Origin: Amoeboradix gromovi X-113
Taxonomy: Eukaryota; Fungi; Sanchytriomycota
Assembly: GCA_018985225.1 (NCBI GenBank)
Contig: JADGIF010000202.1
Coordinates: forward strand, 1 to 14,945
Direction of reading: 5' to 3'
DNA length: 14,945 nt
The position numbers and the translations under genes were made by a program. Below are positions 1-8,710 of the stretch, piece after piece. Within the stretch, counting starts at the first letter, position 1. Every line of letters begins with the position of its first letter. Under the pieces are notes generated by a model. It did no database searches, was not told the DNA's origin, and worked only from the letters and a program-made list of their open reading frames with translations.

Positions 1-224
1 ACTCCTCAACTAGCTGAATGTCCACTCGCCTCTTAAATCCATAAAACTAATAAAGCTGAAATAATGTTCCAAGTTGTTACAGAAAGTTAGTTCAGTTTTA
101 TATTTGATGTCTCAATTGCAAAAAACAAACTTCATTTTAACTGGCATTTCTTTTAGAAATTCAATCATTTTTAATCCAATTTGAAAACGTCGGAGGTCAT
201 TCAGATTCTTTGTACCATCTCGAA

Positions 225-749
225 ATGTTTAGTTTAGTAAAAAAGATCAAGAAAAAGGAGAGGAATAAGAGGATATTGATCCTAGGACTTGATAACTCTG
301 GCAAGACTACGTTCTTACACAATTTCCTACACATCGAGGGCGATATATCACCAACATTTGGGTTTAAAATACATTCTGCAGAACTTTATTCATACAATGT
401 TAACTTCTGGGACTTAGGTGGTCAGTCATCTATAAGAATATTCTGGAGGAATTATTTTGAAGAAATTGTAGATGGTATAATCTGGGTTGTAGATAGTACA
501 GACAGGAATCGCGTTGATCTTGCAAAGCATGAATTACATGCAGTCTTAAAGAGTGATCTGCATTGTCCTGTACTAATTGTTGCTAATAAGCAAGATTTAG
601 AAGATGCTATGAGCGGTAAAGAAATTTCACAAGAATTAGACCTAACAGGAATAACGTTCTCTATGATAGAGTGCTCTGCGCTAGAAGATGACGCTCCAAT
701 GGACCAAATTGAATGGCTACTGAGGCAGGATATAGTTGTACCCAAATAA
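225..749 (+). CDS. ARL2: ADP-ribosylation factor-like GTPase 2 (Arl2/Alp41/Cin4 family)
   Basis: First ATG at 225 (ORF track starts at an upstream TTG). Arf-family motifs GLDNSGKTT (P-loop), ISPTFGF (switch I, Arl2-type SPTxGF), WDLGGQ, WRNYFE, NKQD and CSA. N-terminal KKIKKKER..RILILGLD resembles Arl2. Confidence 0.85.
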   Translation: MFSLVKKIKKKERNKRILILGLDNSGKTTFLHNFLHIEGDISPTFGFKIHSAELYSYNVNFWDLGGQSSIRIFWRNYFEEIVDGIIWVVDSTDRNRVDLAKHELHAVLKSDLHCPVLIVANKQDLEDAMSGKEISQELDLTGITFSMIECSALEDDAPMDQIEWLLRQDIVVPK

Positions 750-788
750 ATTTTGGTTTCCTATTTTTTCATTCAAAAGCTCCTTGAA

Positions 789-3336
789 ATGGCAACTAGC
801 AATATTGATACTGCTGGTCCAGTCAACGGAATATTTACAATTGGCGATGAGGCTGTGCTAGTTACTGAGTCTGAGTTACAGTTTGTTAACTCTCTAGGTC
901 TCAAAAACAGTGTTGTGAATGAACCTACAAATTGTTTCTGCAAAAATAAGGACAAAATTCTGTTAGGATATGATACTGAAATAGTCCAGCTTCATAAACA
1001 GGGCGATATGGACAAATACTTGTTAAAAGAGAATTTGGCTATTAGAGTCATGGATTGTTACCAAGGCATCCTAGTTTATGGTTTTGGCAACACCTTGAAA
1101 CGATTCGATTTACTTAGCAACACAAACATTCAGATTAGCACTTCTGGTATTCCATTATCTTGTAAATACAGCCCCGATGGTAAATATATAGCTGTGGGTG
1201 ATAATAATGGATCTTTGGTTATTTATTCCAGCGACACTTTGAACGAGGTTGGAGAGTTTAGCACATACATCAGATACAGTGTTGATGAAGGCGCTCGATT
1301 CCCATTCACCTGGACTCCATTAAATGGATTATTATTGAAGGGCGTTGGATGCATTTACTATTTGGATTCACACTTTAAAAAACAAGCAGAGATTGACTTC
1401 ATCAGCACAATTTACAGCCTTTCTTTGTACAATAACATCATATATGTTTGTACGCTGGCCAATGTTTGTTGCATAGATCTTAAAACTCAAGTTCATATTA
1501 AAGAAATTCCTATTGCCGAACCAATTGGTACAACATTGCTAAACGATCAGGTATTTATAGCTAAAAAACAAGGCGGTGTGTTATTTATGGATATGCTGAC
1601 ATCCAAAGATCCTCGTAAAGTAGCTGCGCCAATAATGGTAGAGGACGAAGCTCACGAAGATACAATGGTTGATACCCCTGTAGATACTCAGACTGATATC
1701 AACTACCAAAAGATATTCAATGGTGAAAATGACATCGGAGATGATCTTAATGACTTCTTGGATGAAGATGAGCAAGAACTAAATCCTCAAGTAAACATTA
1801 ATCCAACTAGTATCAAACAAGTACTGCAGGAAATCAACAACCAGCAAGAACCATACCAATCTGGTACTACTCCGTATGTGGGGACTAAACGATTTTTAGC
1901 ATACAACTTGGTCGGAAAAGTTGCCAAAATCAAAAGACAGGATGGTGCATTCATCACTGGATATTTCCACAACAAAAACAGGAAACCTGTTAGATACAGT
2001 GATTTGAACAATTATGAAATGGCTGATATAAGTGTAGATGGATTGTACCTGGTTCGGACAGAAGAACCTTATGAATTAGCATTTCACGATCCTGATCTGC
2101 AGAATGACTGGCAAATACAATTAGCAGAGGAACCTACGTGTATCAGTGCATTTTCTGGTGGTGTGGCTCTATGTTTAAGCAGCAATTTGTATGTATTTGA
2201 TTCAAGTGGAATCACCATTAATATATATTCGCTAGGAAACAAGATTCTGAGTACGAGTGCGTATGATAGCAAAGTGTTTGTTTGCTATTCTGATAGTATT
2301 GGTAAAAACTGCTACTACTATATAGATACTGCCAACAACCAGTTGATTAAAAATGGGCAATTGCCAGTAAACAATGTGATATTTGCTTCCTTCACATATA
2401 GCGGATTGCCTGTTGTTTACAGTGAACAGGGCACATTATTGATGTTGAGCAGTGGTAATCTATGGATTCCTATACTAGAGCTAAAAGATACTAGCGAGTA
2501 TAATGAGTACTCTATATGGCCTATAGGTGTCAGCGATCGCTTCCATTTTGTAGCGTGCTCTGTATTTTATACTAACATAGAAAGAAATGCCTTGGCCATC
2601 TATTCCGGATGCTATACCTACTAGTTTAGAGCTAGAGATGAAAGGGTTCAGTACAAACAGTCTGATGAATACCATGGAGAACAAGTTCTTGACTTATAGA
2701 ATGATGGCAGACTGCGATGGAGGTGACGCTTTTGACTTGAAGCAAAAGGCAGACAAATTAGCATTAAAACTGATTCAAACCGCATGCAAAGATGATAACT
2801 ACAAAAGAGTAGTTCAATTGAGTTACAAGCTATACCTAACGGCTAGTTTTGAGGCATGCATTAAAGTTGTTAACTATTTCAACAGGCCAGACATAGCGGA
2901 AATAATTATGGATATACAAAAAGAAAATGATGCAGATGATGAAATGCTAATAGAAGAGAACAGAGACCCATTTGCAAATGACGACACGGAAATGAGTAAT
3001 AACTATAGCTTTGATACAACAAAGAATATACTTAACACGCAGTCTATGCTACCAGATGTAAGTAGTATGATACCGGTTGATGACACAATGACTAATATGG
3101 ACACTGCTAGCAATGTGGATGACAGCAATCCATTTGCAATCGAGAAACCTGCGGATGTAATAGAGACCACCTTTACAGAGCAAATACAAAGTGTTCAACA
3201 AAAGGAACAGATGAACCAAAGGCATATGAAAAGAATGATGGAAGAAGAGGAAGATAGAAAAAGGGTAAAGCTAAATGTCCAAAAAGTGGAAAATAAAGAA
3301 AAGGAGAATCTGCAACAGAAGTTGAACTTCAAATAA
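789..3336 (+). CDS. CTF4: Ctf4/Mcl1/AND-1 (WDHD1) replisome hub protein; join(789..2561,2581..3336), ~842 aa
   Basis: N-terminal WD40 region (YSPDGKYIAVGDNNGSLVIY), acidic linker, SepB-domain signature QEPYQSGTTP...KRFLAYNLVGKV, then WIPIL...WPIGV. The second ORF supplies the helical part (DKLALKLIQTACK...ACIKVVNYFNRPDIAEII). The two frames are joined by removing a GT..AG intron at 2562-2580. Confidence 0.88.
2562..2580 (+). other. Putative 19-nt spliceosomal intron in CTF4
   Basis: GTATTTTA-TACTAAC-ATAG: GT donor, perfect TACTAAC branch point (2570-2576) and TAG acceptor. Removal restores the frame (FHFVACS|KEMPWPSIP). An alternative in-frame donor at 2550 would give 31 nt. Confidence 0.75.
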
Positions 3337-3358
3337 ACTGATTATTTAAAATTTATTA

Positions 3359-4681
3359 TTAATTACCTAATGTGCCACAAAATGAACAAGAAGATTTGTT
3401 GGAATAAAAGTCATTGGCCACGACTGAGTACAGAATTACAGTCCAAGCTAAGCCAAAGAACCTGCAGGTCCACGGGAACCAGCTACTATAGATTAGAGAT
3501 TTTTTAACTGATATTCTTCGTAGCGTCTTGCGAACAGTTTCGTAAGGTGCAAACACAAGACTGTTCCCGATACCCATTAATAGTCCGCCAATATGAGCAT
3601 AGTTGTCAATAAATGGGACATACACTCCGAATAATATAGAAATGACAATAATTACTAGTAGATTGAACAGTTGCCACGCAGGCTTGTGCAGGGAATTCCA
3701 ATGAATTAGCAAATTAATTAACAAAGCGGCAATAATACCAAAAAGAGCACCAGAACTACCAACAGCAGGCTGAGTGCCAGATGTTTTCGAATACGAAGCG
3801 CCAGAAATTTTTGAGTATGTGGCGCCGAACAGGAAACTAAACGTTCCGCTAATTAAAAAAATTGGGATAATTCTAAACCAAGCCCAGATCTTTTCCAGAT
3901 CTTTTAAGAGAGTTATTTGGAAAAATAAATTTGAGAGCAAGTGGATTATTCCAGCGTGTAAGAAAATTGGTAGAATAACTCGATACCACTGATTTCCATC
4001 GTCGAAACCACATATTTCCTCAAGAGTGCAATTTCCTACCACGCCTTCCTCAATTGGGCAATTTGCAAAAGTGAACTCCTGAAAGTCTTGTTTCTTCATA
4101 CAAGGCACGAATCTAGCTCCTTCTCTAATGAGCACTACAGGCGAGGGACCAATCATATAATTTGACGTAATCGGTTCAATTAGACTTCCTGTTAAGCTTT
4201 TGTTCATCAGCAGAGCGACTATTAGCAGAATTGCATGCAATATAGATACGCTGTACGAAAACCAAGGAAAATATCTTTTAGTTGAATCTTGTTGGAAAAT
4301 ATCGGACTCTCGGCGAGATCTACTGCTGGATCCCCTATAATTCGAGCTCTCAGGAGTAAATGCTGTGGATTCCATTTCGTGAGGCTCTGCACTAGTATAA
4401 CTGTCATTGTATCCTGATTGATCTTGACTAGGGCTCCTGTATGAAAGCCTACTATCATGCTGTTGCCGATTGTCTAGCTTTTTATATTCAAAATTCGGGT
4501 TACTTGTGGAGTTAAATTGAGGTGTAACGAAATCAGTATGCATAACTTGTCCTTCGTTTGCAACATAAGACTGATGTCCAACAGAGCTTACGCTGTCTTC
4601 AGGATGTAATGTGACGTATTTTTCGTTTGGAAATAATCTTGTCGGGCTATCATCTTTGGGGGTTGCATCTTCCTGTAACAT
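3359..4681 (-). CDS. Rhomboid-family intramembrane serine protease (fungal type with Cys-rich loop)
   Basis: QWYR..PIFLHAGIIHLLSN, catalytic AVGSSGALFG, AHIGG His motif, GARFVPCMK..CP..C..ICG loop, several TM helices and a long disordered N-terminus. Confidence 0.92.
   Translation of the reverse strand: MLQEDATPKDDSPTRLFPNEKYVTLHPEDSVSSVGHQSYVANEGQVMHTDFVTPQFNSTSNPNFEYKKLDNRQQHDSRLSYRSPSQDQSGYNDSYTSAEPHEMESTAFTPESSNYRGSSSRSRRESDIFQQDSTKRYFPWFSYSVSILHAILLIVALLMNKSLTGSLIEPITSNYMIGPSPVVLIREGARFVPCMKKQDFQEFTFANCPIEEGVVGNCTLEEICGFDDGNQWYRVILPIFLHAGIIHLLSNLFFQITLLKDLEKIWAWFRIIPIFLISGTFSFLFGATYSKISGASYSKTSGTQPAVGSSGALFGIIAALLINLLIHWNSLHKPAWQLFNLLVIIVISILFGVYVPFIDNYAHIGGLLMGIGNSLVFAPYETVRKTLRRISVKKSLIYSSWFPWTCRFFGLAWTVILYSVVANDFYSNKSSCSFCGTLGN
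3773..3826 (-). repeat. 24-nt in-frame tandem duplication inside the rhomboid gene (GATYSKIS/GASYSKTS/GT)
   Basis: Units 3803-3826 and 3779-3802 match at 17/24 nt, with a partial third unit at 3773-3778. Confidence 0.7.
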
Positions 4682-5283
4682 TCACCAAAAATCCGATCGT
4701 TGCGTTTTAATTAATGTGACAACCAATCAAAGACCTCACATGTTTGCCAGTGACATTAATCTACGATCTCTGGACAATAGTTGAGATTGTACATATAAAG
4801 ACATTCGCTGACATAATTCGATTCTACATGTTTCCGCTAAGTAAGCAGATCCAAAGTAGAATTATAATTACTTGGTTTTTATGCTTAGGTAAAAATGTAC
4901 ATACTACATTTTTATGTTAAGAGTAACACTATTTCCATTCATAGGCTTTCACATCGTGTTTAGACGTCCGAAAGGTTGACTAAGCTTCTATTAAGTACTT
5001 CTAAATGTCTGCTCACATAATTCTTGGAACTGCCTCCCTAAGTACATACTTTATGTCTTATTTTGGTCTTAATCTTCTTTCTATTCTAACCATTGTATTA
5101 AAAATTAGAAGCACTTGCCATTCCTGTTCGTAATCCAATTGCTATGATCTTGTGAATCTGACGTATTCGAGTATTCAACAAGAAAAGATACAAGAAGCGC
5201 GGCCATGTACGTATGTTACATTTAATATTTTTATTATCACAGCAATTACAATTAAATAAACGGGTCTGAATTAACTCTATGGA

Positions 5284-5376
5284 TACTCGGTGTGTCTACG
5301 GGTTGAAGTGGGGGCCTTTACCCAGTGTGTCTCATGTAAGTTTAAAATGCCCTCTATGATTGGTCAATACACGTGT
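5284..5376. promoter_or_regulatory. Candidate RPL34 promoter motifs: 14-nt direct repeat, inverted CCAAT box, CACGTG E-box
   Basis: TACTCGGTGTGTCT (5284-5297) and TACCCAGTGTGTCT (5319-5332) are 12/14 identical. ATTGG at 5359-5363 and the ACACGTGT palindrome at 5369-5376 lie within ~60 nt of the RPL34 ATG. Confidence 0.35.
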
Positions 5377-5419
5377 TTTGTTGTTTCGGTAGAAAATAAG
5401 TATCAAAAAGAATTCTACA

Positions 5420-5818
5420 ATGGTTCAAAGACTTACTTACAGACGTAGACTTTCTTACAATACTAAGAGTAATGCCACTCGAGTTGTCAAAGCACCTTCA
5501 CGTTTAGTTTTCCAATACCGAAAGAAGTTGGCAAGTGGACCCAAATGTGGGGATCCTGGATGCGATGTTATCTTGCCTGGAATTAAACATTTAAGACCTA
5601 AAGAATATTCAAGAATTTCAAAGAGACAAAAGACTGTTAATAGAGCCTACGGTGGTAGTTTATGTGCTACTTGTGTAAAAGAGCGAGTTTTGCGTGCATT
5701 CTTAATGGAGGAAAAAAAAGTAGTTAAAAAGACTATAAAGGATCAAGCAGAACAGAAAGCTGCTGTAGAAAAGAAAGACAGCAAAAAGAAGAAGAAGTCT
5801 AAGAAGTCAAAGAAATAA
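5420..5818 (+). CDS. RPL34: 60S ribosomal protein L34 (eL34), intronless
   Basis: [58 protein letters not shown], followed by a Lys-rich tail. Confidence 0.97.
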   Translation: MVQRLTYRRRLSYNTKSNATRVVKAPSRLVFQYRKKLASGPKCGDPGCDVILPGIKHLRPKEYSRISKRQKTVNRAYGGSLCATCVKERVLRAFLMEEKKVVKKTIKDQAEQKAAVEKKDSKKKKKSKKSKK

Positions 5819-5848
5819 ACTAAATTTTTTTATCAAATTTTCAATACA

Positions 5849-6598
5849 ATGCTCCGCAGAATTCTTGGGATCTTTGACAAAATCGCACCAAAAGAACTGC
5901 AACCAGCATGGGACAACACCGGCATATTAGTTGAGCCTTTTAAATCTAATGAAAGTAACAAGGTTATGCTAACTATTGATTTGACGGCGAGCGTTTTGGA
6001 CGAAGCGATAAAAAATGAAATTGAAGTAATTGTGGCATATCATCCTATAATATTTAAGGGCATAAAGGAAATAACCCTTGATAACCCGAAGCAAAAAATT
6101 CTAGCTTCCTGCATACACCACGGAATAGGTGTCTTCTGTCCTCATACAAGGCTTGACGCTATTGATGGCGGAATAAACGACTGGCTTTTGGATCCATTTA
6201 TTGGTGAGATCACAACACCTGAAGATAAACTTGGACGGGTGATAAAACTGGCTTCAAACATGAGTGGTAATGCGATAGTAGAAAGAGTCAAGATGCATCT
6301 AAATTTGGAACACCTTCAGGCTGCAAATTTCAAGAACTTTAGCTGTAAGAGCATAGCTGTTTGTGCAGGATCTGGGGGCTCTATTTTGGCTCACTTGGAA
6401 GCAGATTGCTACATAACTGGTGAGCTGGACCACCATTCTATATTAGGATTTGTTGAGAAAAACAAAATGGTGATTGTAACTAACCACACAAATACAGAGA
6501 GAGGCTATCTTGCAGTTTTAAAGCGAAAGTTGACTGAGCTTGGCATAAGCGATGTGGCTGTAAGCATTAATGACAGGGATCCGTTAGCGGTTGTCTAA
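5849..6598 (+). CDS. NIF3: NIF3/DUF34 family dinuclear-metal protein (Ngg1-interacting factor 3-like)
   Basis: WDNTGILV, LTIDLT, IVAYHPIIF, PHTRLD..GGINDWL, IAVCAGSG, YITGELDHH and HTNTERGYL motifs. Confidence 0.95.
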   Translation: MLRRILGIFDKIAPKELQPAWDNTGILVEPFKSNESNKVMLTIDLTASVLDEAIKNEIEVIVAYHPIIFKGIKEITLDNPKQKILASCIHHGIGVFCPHTRLDAIDGGINDWLLDPFIGEITTPEDKLGRVIKLASNMSGNAIVERVKMHLNLEHLQAANFKNFSCKSIAVCAGSGGSILAHLEADCYITGELDHHSILGFVEKNKMVIVTNHTNTERGYLAVLKRKLTELGISDVAVSINDRDPLAVV

Positions 6599-6667
6599 TA
6601 AAAAATTTAAAATTAATTTTAGTGCCAAATGTAGTCTAAAAATTACAAAACTCCCTTTCAAACACCA

Positions 6668-7000
6668 ATGCTGCAAGAATTGGGATCTGTCAAGAAGGAA
6701 TTGAATTCGGCATTAAGAAAAATGGAGGACTTGGATTCTAAACTGGTTACAACTTCTAAGTCAGCTCATTTCGAGGTACTTGCTGGATTGTATCAACGTA
6801 TTACTGGTATCAATCTCTCTATTGACAATGATGAACAAATTCACATTCAAATAGGGCATAATCATTTAATTATGATAGAAGAAGAACATGATTATATATT
6901 TAATCCCGTTGAAGTAGTTTCCACTGATCTGACGGAACATTTAAAGATTAAGAAAGAAAATGTTGGTGACTTCATTAAGTTTTTGTCCAATCAACAATAA
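6668..7000 (+). CDS. Small coiled-coil + RWD-like protein, probable monopolin subunit Csm1/Pcs1 homologue
   Basis: N-terminal heptads, then EVLAGLYQRITGINL, YIFNPV and DLTEHLKIKKENVGDFIKFL in the same order as the Csm1 blocks (LY..L....; IY.PV; L.E.L.F......F...I), recalled from family knowledge. The stop codon sits in AATAAA as in neighbouring genes. The CDS itself is likely; the family call is moderate. Confidence 0.55.
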   Translation: MLQELGSVKKELNSALRKMEDLDSKLVTTSKSAHFEVLAGLYQRITGINLSIDNDEQIHIQIGHNHLIMIEEEHDYIFNPVEVVSTDLTEHLKIKKENVGDFIKFLSNQQ

Positions 7001-7313
7001 ATTATTATTTTTAATCCGAAGTACCAATTAACGGAAAAATCAAAGAATTTCCATGGAGATACTGACAATGCAAACCAGTCTATTTCTGTGGCGCACGCTT
7101 TTAAATAAAGGATACATATGTTTCAAGTCTATGTTTATATCTCCGTGTTAGTTTCTTCAGAGTTACATACCTTAAGCAGTATTAACTAATTGATGCTTCA
7201 TTAATTCAAGCAGTATCTCACGTCTCTGTTTACACTTCGAAATAAGGTTTACACCAGTTTATGATCATCGTGATATGTTCCATTAAAAAAGCATAGAAAG
7301 AAGAACTATAGGA

Positions 7314-7350
7314 ACAGCAAAACTCATATAATCGCGATAAATAATTTATT
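7314..7350. repeat. 37-bp copy of the joined flanks of the IS607/Fanzor remnant (empty-site-like sequence)
   Basis: 7314-7327 matches 12163-12176 at 13/14 and 7332-7350 matches 12724-12742 at 18/19. The blocks are in the same order and orientation, separated by 4 nt here and by 547 nt at the element. Confidence 0.65.
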
Positions 7351-7355
7351 TAATT

Positions 7356-8570
7356 TTACTCCCAACCTATTTGCTTTTCCAAACTGCGATGGGTTAAAAC
7401 TATGTTTCCCTTTTTAATTAAACTTGATCGAACTCTGGGATTGTGGATTAGCTGTTCTAATTTTGAAGAGTCACTGGCTACGACTTGAAACACTTTGTCT
7501 AATATAACACCAGAATTGGTAGATCCTAAAAAAATGGACTGGTTTAAGTAGTAGATTGAATCAGAATAACGCGCCTTTTTAAATAACAAATAACCCAGAT
7601 TAGAGCTTGCTTCGGCATGTAAGTCTGCAACCTTTTCGTAAGATTCCATTGCTTTAGTGTCTGATAATTCAGTACCTCGTCCTTTTTCGTAACAGATTCC
7701 AATGTTATTTGATGCCTCAATATTTCCCAACTTAGTGGCAGTCTGAAAGAGCTCAAATGCCTTGCTAAAGTTCTGTTCTACCCGTTCTCCGTTGTAATAC
7801 AGATAGCCTAGATAGTTAAGACTATTAGGATGATTTTGTTTGATATTGCAGTCTAGCAGTTCCAGTGCAACTTCGTTGCTACTAGTGTGTTCAGCAATTT
7901 TAAGACAAATATTCATATTTAGAGATTTCATTTGAATTTTCATATTATTTTTTAACTTGTAAGCTCTTTGCCAAAACACCAAGGCTTCTGAAACTAATCC
8001 TTTTTCTTCGCATAAATTTCCCAATTCGAACAGCGCCTTAGGATGCTCTATATTTCTTAAATAAAGCTCAGAGTCCTTCTTGTTTACAGTAATCTCAGCC
8101 AACTTCATTCCTGCCCAAATGTTCCCTAATCTAAAGCTTTCTTCTAACTGCCTCTTTCCCAAATCAATCTCATCAACCATCAACAACTGTATACCCTCAA
8201 TGAACAAATCATCATGTCCTTTACTTTTAACTTCATTTCTATCATCTAAATGTAATAAAAATGTTTGCCAATCGATTGCAATTATAGCAACAGCCTTTCC
8301 AATTGCGTCTGGTTTTCCATTCTTGAAAAATGTAGATCTGTGTCGAATTCCTATTAACTTGTTTATAAACGTGGTCATGTTTTTCTCCATTTCAGATATT
8401 TGCTTTTCAACCTTAAAATCCAATTGTAAGCATGCATTGATTTTGTCTTTGTTCAACTGAAGAGTATTCAAAATGTTTTGCCACTGCTCTGTACTGATGT
8501 CTGTCAAATTGGATTGGCAGGCCTCAAGATAATTTGTTGCTTCATGGATTCTAATTTCCAGATTTTCCAT
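7356..8570 (-). CDS. Sel1-like repeat (SLR/TPR) protein
   Basis: SLNYLGYLYYNGERVEQNFSKAFELFQTATKLGN, ASNNIGICYEKGRGTELSDTKAMESYEKVA, ASSNLGYLL and ALFELGNLCEEKG, preceded by a helical N-terminal region. Confidence 0.88.
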   Translation of the reverse strand: MENLEIRIHEATNYLEACQSNLTDISTEQWQNILNTLQLNKDKINACLQLDFKVEKQISEMEKNMTTFINKLIGIRHRSTFFKNGKPDAIGKAVAIIAIDWQTFLLHLDDRNEVKSKGHDDLFIEGIQLLMVDEIDLGKRQLEESFRLGNIWAGMKLAEITVNKKDSELYLRNIEHPKALFELGNLCEEKGLVSEALVFWQRAYKLKNNMKIQMKSLNMNICLKIAEHTSSNEVALELLDCNIKQNHPNSLNYLGYLYYNGERVEQNFSKAFELFQTATKLGNIEASNNIGICYEKGRGTELSDTKAMESYEKVADLHAEASSNLGYLLFKKARYSDSIYYLNQSIFLGSTNSGVILDKVFQVVASDSSKLEQLIHNPRVRSSLIKKGNIVLTHRSLEKQIGWE

Positions 8571-8710
8571 TTGGCCTGGAATCGTAAATGATCCTCAACC
8601 TATAGACAATTGTAAAACCTATGCCAATTCCAACAGCTAAATTAGGTTAAAAGATTCTTACCTTTTCTGTTTAGCTTTTCACATGCGAAGATTGAGTTTA
8701 TAACAATAAT

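Noticed and set aside
1-150. 5' end of a minus-strand gene running off the window
   Set aside because: No uninterrupted frame from an ATG to the edge; it would need an intron I cannot support.
753-3336. Two separate genes or a programmed frameshift at 2587-2624
   Set aside because: Both ORFs are consecutive parts of Ctf4, and a canonical GT-TACTAAC-AG intron joins them.
6629-6634. TAG reassignment (non-standard genetic code)
   Set aside because: None of the long conserved ORFs needs an in-frame TAG, and the 14713 gene appears to end at TAG.
7010-7327. Small spliced minus-strand gene (MSFAVPIVLLSMLF*, GTATGT...ACTAAC signal)
   Set aside because: No splice combination I tried gave a continuous ORF.
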